Below, one piece after another: positions 59,095-64,000 of a stretch of DNA of 64,000 nt. A model generated the notes under the pieces. The model was not told where the DNA came from. It did no database searches and saw only the letters and a list, made by a program, of their open reading frames with translations. The first letter of the stretch is position 1, and the number at the start of each line of letters is the position of its first letter. Origin of the DNA: Candidatus Woesearchaeota archaeon (GTDB lineage: Archaea > Nanobdellota > Nanobdellia > SCGC-AAA011-G17 > JACPIM01); NCBI GenBank assembly GCA_964513145.1, contig CAZELK010000006.1, positions 2,051 to 66,050 on the forward strand, given 5' to 3'. Made by a program: the position numbers and the translations under genes.

Positions 59095-59264
59095 ACGGTT
59101 TCTTCAAAAAAAAAGTAAGAACTTGATTTTTATATCCTAACTAAGCTTTTCATTTATTTTCTTGAGATTGAAAAGTATTATTTTTTGCAGATTTGAAAGT
59201 AATTTTTTATCTTCTCTTGCTCTTGCCCCTTTAGTATAATTCAGGTATTCGTCCAGCAATCTGC

Positions 59265-59386
59265 ATATTTACTCATTATTAATGAATTATATATGGGATT
59301 AATATGGCAGACCCCCCTATTATTCACTATCATAATAATATTTCACCATAAATAATGAATAATACTTCATATTTTCTATTTGAGAA
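59265..59386 (+). repeat. direct repeat copy B
   Basis: See copy A. A further diverged similarity exists at ~59420-59445 versus ~56585-56610. Confidence 0.7.
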
Positions 59387-59567
59387 ACACCTTAAATCTG
59401 TAGTCTGACTAAAATAAGAAAACCATAAATTTTCTCTTACTATTAATGGTGAGGAAGGCAGGGGTTTTGCTGGACTGGGTTTTTCATGGTAATGTTACTA
59501 TTTATTTGTTAATGCACTTCTTTATATAGAATAAGTTGATAATTTATTTATAAAAGAGCTGTGTTAA

Positions 59568-60815
59568 ATGAAATTAGAAAATACATTAACTATTTTTTGT
59601 ATTTCCCTTTTGGGTTTTTTATTGTTATTAGTTAATTTTTATACTGTTAAATATAATGAAGACATTACTGGACAAATTGTATTAAGTGATTTTGCCTTGT
59701 TTGGTGCTGCTGCTTCTGGTGATAAAAATGCATGCAATGCCATTGCAAGCACTTATGCAGGAAATTTGGATGTTTTACCAAAATCAGTTTTAGATGCATG
59801 CAGATTTCCAAAGACTCCTTCTTTTTCTACACAAGTTGATAATTTAAACTTGGAACAATTAGATACAAATCTGAAAAATGTAGACAATTCTATTGCACAA
59901 TTAGATTTATTAGGATCTGCCATGAGCAACAGTATACCTAGTCTAAAAGAAGAAAAAACTACTTTAGAAGGTGAATTTATTTCTCTTAAAACTGAGATCC
60001 CTAAGTTAGCAACTACTATTTCTGAATTTGATACAAAACTTAGAAAAGTTAATTCAGATTTAAGCAAAGCAAAAAGTAAACCCTGCAAAATATTTCAAAC
60101 CAGCTGCAAGACTTTAAAGAACCAAGAAGTTTCTAAATTTAAATCTGAAGCTGATTTATTAAATAAAGACAAATCTTCTGCAGTAAGGAATAGCAAAGGA
60201 AAAACAGTTTTATTAAATAATAAAAGAGCTAAATTAAGTGATTTATCTTCCCAAATACAATTAGCTGAACAAGTTAAAGCTAATATTGGAAATAAGAAAA
60301 ATGAATTAAATAAGTTAAAGAATGACATTACTAATAAAATAAGTGAATTGGAAAAAGAAATTTTAGATGAAACAATTCGTGTTGAAGATGAGGATGATAT
60401 ATCAAATGCAGAAGTATCCAAAACTAGTAAAGTCTGCCATTGCACTCTGCGAGAGATAACAGAGGTAGAATGCAAGAAGAAAGGAATTCCTATTCAAACT
60501 GGTCCTGAAACTATTACTCCTTGGGAAGAAGGTGTTGCAAGTGGCGGTACTTGGAAAGTTTATCTTGATCGGGGTTTTGGTATGTCTGCAACAAAGTGCA
60601 CGCGTGATTTGATTTATCCAGATGGTGCCTGTAATTCTGATGCGGACTGCATAGAGGGCTGTGCCTTTAAAATGCAGGATCAAGGGTCGACGGCGAGACT
60701 TGATTGCTTGGATACAGTGGAAAGAATTTGTGCAAAGAGAGGAGGGACAACGAATAAACTTTACTGGCCTGTTCGAAAGGAAGGTATTTGTTTGGATGTA
60801 GTTAGCGCTCCTTGA
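59568..60815 (+). CDS. membrane-anchored coiled-coil protein with Cys-rich C-terminal domain (candidate surface/adhesin protein)
   Basis: 415 aa. N-terminal signal anchor. ~250 aa Lys/Asn/Leu-rich coiled coil. C-terminal ~130 aa with 14 Cys (CHC...ECKKKG...CTRD...CNSDADCIEGC...). The C-terminus is encoded by GC-rich DNA. Confidence 0.6.
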   Translation: MKLENTLTIFCISLLGFLLLLVNFYTVKYNEDITGQIVLSDFALFGAAASGDKNACNAIASTYAGNLDVLPKSVLDACRFPKTPSFSTQVDNLNLEQLDTNLKNVDNSIAQLDLLGSAMSNSIPSLKEEKTTLEGEFISLKTEIPKLATTISEFDTKLRKVNSDLSKAKSKPCKIFQTSCKTLKNQEVSKFKSEADLLNKDKSSAVRNSKGKTVLLNNKRAKLSDLSSQIQLAEQVKANIGNKKNELNKLKNDITNKISELEKEILDETIRVEDEDDISNAEVSKTSKVCHCTLREITEVECKKKGIPIQTGPETITPWEEGVASGGTWKVYLDRGFGMSATKCTRDLIYPDGACNSDADCIEGCAFKMQDQGSTARLDCLDTVERICAKRGGTTNKLYWPVRKEGICLDVVSAP

Positions 60816-61059
60816 AACATAGGTTTAGCACCCAAACTTAATCTTTAACTGCTTTAGGTGCTAATAAATATCAATAAGAATTGCACTACCAATACCGAAG
60901 ATTTTATTTTTCATTTAATTATTACTAAATAAATAACATCCTTATTAATTAAGGGTGAAGTCAGATTATCTTGTAGAACTCTCGGGGACTTTCTATAACA
61001 ACTTTTTTAATCCTGTTTCAAACATAGCTTTTAAATATTAGAAATGCAAATAATTATTT

Positions 61060-64000
61060 ATGTTAGGTCAAAATAAAGAGGTTATAGAGTTCAAGCCGAT
61101 TTTTTACATAAATCCAAGACCAGAGATAGCTGAATTACCTGATGTAAAAGAAAAGCAAAAAATAGATGTGAGATATGTTTTATTAGAACCTTATGTAAAT
61201 GCACATATTTTCTGGGACAAAGAAAACAATGAACTTGTATATTATGTTGAAGAACCACAATTAGATGAAAAAGAATTAAATGTCCTGAATATTTTAGAAA
61301 ATGGGATAAATGAATTAATAAACATCAGCTTTATTGCAATGAAAAATACTGATGTTGTAGTTGAATATTTAGAAAAAAACATAAGGGTTTTATTAAATGA
61401 ATTGAAAATAAGCATTTCCAAAGAATCTTATTTAAAATTAATGTATTATATTTACAGAGATTTTGTTGGACTAAATGAAATTGAGCCTTTGCTAAAGGAT
61501 TATTATATTGAAGATATTGAATGCAATGGTGTTAATACTCCAATTTACATTGTCCATAGAAAATACAGGAATTTAAGAACAAATATTATTTTTAAAGATG
61601 CAAAAGAATTAACTAGTTTTGTAGAAAAATTAGCACAAAAATGCGGGAAATATATATCTTATGCTTCCCCTTTATTAGACGCAAGTTTGCCAGATGGGTC
61701 GCGTATTCAAGCAACATTCACGCAAGATATTTCTTCAAGAGGACCAAGTTTTTGCTTTGCTGACGGATATTTACAATTAAATAATGGCGAGGTTGTGAAA
61801 ATAAATAAATTATTTGAAAAATGTAAAAATGACTTTGGTTCAAGTTTTGATAAAGAAAATGAAATTGTTAATGTAACTAATGTTGGTGTTTGCGGAGTTG
61901 ATGAAAATAATTTAAAACAAATTGATTCTAAACTAAAAACTATAATAAAATTGAAACCACCTGAAGAATTAGTAAATATTGGATTTGATGATGGTTCAGA
62001 AATAATCACAACTACAAACCACTTATTTCATGTGGTGGATAATGATTTAAGCCTTTTAGAAGCACATAAATTAAAAACCGGGTTGTTTGTACCTATGCCT
62101 TCTAAAGTAGATGTAGAGGGTTGCATGCAATCTATCAACATAGTCAATTTAATAAAGGAATTTTCTTATTTATATAAAGTCTGTCTAGTTTCAAACCAAG
62201 AAATTAAAAACATAGTTTCCAACAATATTGATTTTTATAAAAATAAAAGCAGAGATTATAGAATACAAATGGCTCAGGACTATACAGTACATAATTCTTA
62301 TTTCTATGAGATTCTTTCAAGAGGAAGCTCAATTTCTTTTGAAGTTCTTAATGAAATATGTGATCTTAATTCTCTGGATGAAATCAATTTAGTTGTTTAT
62401 GGCGGTCCTGTTAAAAAAGAAAGAAAATCTATAAATGTACCAAAAATTTTAGATGAGGAATTAGCTTATCTGGCTGGTGCTATAATTAGTGATGGTCATC
62501 TCAGTAAATATAGTATTGATATTGCTTGTTATAATACTGGATTTACAAATGCGGTTACTACCAGACTAAAAAATAAATTTGGGAAATTTAATGTCTATTA
62601 TAATGGTACCAGAGTTTATTTGTGCAATCTATTTGTGCCTTTTTTCTTCAATAAAATATTTGGCATACCTTATGGAAGGAAAGCAAAAATTGTAAATATT
62701 CCGGAGATAATATTTAAATCAGATAATAAAATAATTGCCGCTTTTTTAAAAGGTTTATTTGACGGTGATGGGACATGCAAATCTGGAATAAGCTATAAAA
62801 CAAGCTCCAAAGAACTTGCAGAACAATTAACTTATTTATTAGCCAGATTAGGGTTATATTCCAAAATTATACTTAAAAAGAATATGTATAGAGTTCTTAT
62901 ACCGTCAATTTATGAAAATATTTATTCTGAAAAAATTAATTTTTGTGATACTTTTAAAATTAAATGTTTGAGCGAGTTACTTTTGAAGAAAGGAAATAAT
63001 GCCAAATCTTATATTAGACATGGCAGAGTCCCTGCAAAACCCATCCTGAACTTAATGAAAGATGTGGGTTTATCTAAAAATAAAGCAAGTAAATTATGTA
63101 AAGTGAGCTATAACAGATTAGTACATTATGACTCCTTGTCAAAACCTTTTGTTAAACAAATAATTAGTTTAATAGAATTGGAAATAGAAAACAAGGGGAT
63201 AAAAAACTGCAAATTAGACTACATAAAATGGTTAGTTGGATGTGAACAAGAATTTGTTAAAATTAAACATGTAAAAATCTTTGAAAATAAAAATAAAATA
63301 CCAGTTTATGATATAGAATTAGAACCTTGTAAATTCTTTATAGCTGGAAACAAACCAATGAATATTTTTGATACAGTTAGAAAATTTACAAAAGACCCAT
63401 GGACCCCAGTTAAATTAATGCAATTTAAAACAGTTTCACCAGAAATTTTGGCTTATCTCTGGCTGTTAATAGAAAATGAAGCAAATATAATGATAATCGG
63501 CGGAACTGGTTCTGGAAAAACTTCTTTTCTGAACTCGATTGCTTTTTTTATTCCGCCAGCAGCAAGGGTTGTTTCAATTGAGGATAGTGTCACTGGAGAC
63601 TCCGAGATTATATATAAAAATAAAGATAAAATTGAAAAATTAACAATAGGTAAATTAACAAAATTAGTAAATAGTAAAAAAATTAATTTAGAAAACATTG
63701 AAATTTTGACAGTAGATGATGACTGGAAAGTCAGATTTGGAAAACCCAGCAAATTTATAAAACATTCAACAAATAAAGATATATTCAAAATTACAACTTC
63801 GACTGGCAGAATAATAGAGGTAACAAAAGATCATTCTTTGTTTACACTAACCACTTCCGGATTAGTTGAAGTAAAACCAGAGAATTTAGAAGAAAATGTA
63901 TCCTGTATTGCTGTTCCCAGAGTTCTGCCTATAGAAGGAAAAGGTTTTTTTGATATTAATTTAATTAATCATTTAAATTATTTTAATGAAGATTTTTTAA
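61060..64000 (+). CDS. FlaI/GspE-family type IV pilus/archaellum assembly ATPase, interrupted by two inteins; 3' end outside the window
   Basis: Extein ...SRIQATFTQDISSRGPSF | TVRKFTKDPWTPVKLMQ...IMIIGGTGSGKTSFLNSIAFFIPPAARVVSIED | ... aligns to FlaI (..SRRGTSFTIRKF.., Walker A, ..ISIEDT..). The ORF stays open to the window end. Confidence 0.8.
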   Translation, partial: MLGQNKEVIEFKPIFYINPRPEIAELPDVKEKQKIDVRYVLLEPYVNAHIFWDKENNELVYYVEEPQLDEKELNVLNILENGINELINISFIAMKNTDVVVEYLEKNIRVLLNELKISISKESYLKLMYYIYRDFVGLNEIEPLLKDYYIEDIECNGVNTPIYIVHRKYRNLRTNIIFKDAKELTSFVEKLAQKCGKYISYASPLLDASLPDGSRIQATFTQDISSRGPSFCFADGYLQLNNGEVVKINKLFEKCKNDFGSSFDKENEIVNVTNVGVCGVDENNLKQIDSKLKTIIKLKPPEELVNIGFDDGSEIITTTNHLFHVVDNDLSLLEAHKLKTGLFVPMPSKVDVEGCMQSINIVNLIKEFSYLYKVCLVSNQEIKNIVSNNIDFYKNKSRDYRIQMAQDYTVHNSYFYEILSRGSSISFEVLNEICDLNSLDEINLVVYGGPVKKERKSINVPKILDEELAYLAGAIISDGHLSKYSIDIACYNTGFTNAVTTRLKNKFGKFNVYYNGTRVYLCNLFVPFFFNKIFGIPYGRKAKIVNIPEIIFKSDNKIIAAFLKGLFDGDGTCKSGISYKTSSKELAEQLTYLLARLGLYSKIILKKNMYRVLIPSIYENIYSEKINFCDTFKIKCLSELLLKKGNNAKSYIRHGRVPAKPILNLMKDVGLSKNKASKLCKVSYNRLVHYDSLSKPFVKQIISLIELEIENKGIKNCKLDYIKWLVGCEQEFVKIKHVKIFENKNKIPVYDIELEPCKFFIAGNKPMNIFDTVRKFTKDPWTPVKLMQFKTVSPEILAYLWLLIENEANIMIIGGTGSGKTSFLNSIAFFIPPAARVVSIEDSVTGDSEIIYKNKDKIEKLTIGKLTKLVNSKKINLENIEILTVDDDWKVRFGKPSKFIKHSTNKDIFKITTSTGRIIEVTKDHSLFTLTTSGLVEVKPENLEENVSCIAVPRVLPIEGKGFFDINLINHLNYFNEDFL
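61753..63372 (+). mobile_element. Intein 1 (540 aa) with LAGLIDADG homing-endonuclease domain
   Basis: Starts CFADGY (block A). Block B TTTNHLFHV. Two LAGLIDADG motifs (LAYLAGAIISDGH, IAAFLKGLFDGDG). C-terminal block VYDIELEPCKFFIAGNKPMNIFD followed by +1 Thr; the last residue appears to be Asp rather than Asn. Confidence 0.75.
63586..64000 (+). mobile_element. Intein 2 (partial), inserted at the conserved IED|T site
   Basis: Begins SVTGDSEII (Ser1 block A). Block B TKDHSLF. Continues past the window end. Confidence 0.55.

Noticed and set aside
1-64000. CRISPR arrays and rRNA genes.
   Set aside because: No regularly spaced short direct repeats and no rRNA-like conserved segments were seen anywhere in the window.

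Overview
This is a very AT-rich (~30% GC), gene-dense window with clearly archaeal content. It carries GatD/GatE, an archaeal-type AspRS, ABCE1/RLI, FtsZ, an ATP-dependent DNA ligase, PriS primase, a TrmB regulator, intron-containing tRNAs, class-III-signal-peptide pilins and a FlaI-like ATPase. The profile fits a small-genome (DPANN-like) archaeon. Bacterial-type genes are also present: GatCAB, Lgt with lipobox lipoproteins, and a Tat-signal protein.

Coding regions cover roughly 1 to 49 kb with housekeeping functions.
- Translation: AsnRS, AspRS, ArgRS, gatCAB, gatDE, a YbaK deacylase, tRNA-Asn and tRNA-Thr.
- Energy metabolism: a PDH E1alpha/E1beta/LplA/E2 operon.
- Fe-S assembly: a SUF operon (regulator, nifS-like, sufBDSUC).
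- Other housekeeping: Dus, a NUDIX hydrolase, a cp-GTPase and a cupredoxin lipoprotein.
- Accessory genes: two VapBC pairs, a PEGA-domain protein and a tandem pair of LAGLIDADG-like ORFs.

The last ~12 kb (52 to 64 kb) is an accessory-looking archaeal type IV pilus locus.
- It holds seven class-III-signal-peptide (pilin-like) genes, including near-identical tandem paralogs.
- An AbiEi/AbiEii-like gene pair and a DUF4143 AAA ATPase are embedded in it.
- A ~120 to 190 bp direct repeat flanks the cassette of the ATPase plus two pilins.
- A membrane-anchored coiled-coil protein with a GC-rich, Cys-rich C-terminal domain follows.
- A FlaI/GspE-family ATPase is interrupted by two inteins. Intein 1 carries a LAGLIDADG homing endonuclease and ends in Asp. 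Intein 2 runs off the window.

Two tRNA-like or structured RNA loci at 51.3 to 51.8 kb appear to carry introns at non-canonical positions. A GC-rich 130-bp patch at 40.5 kb is compositionally foreign.
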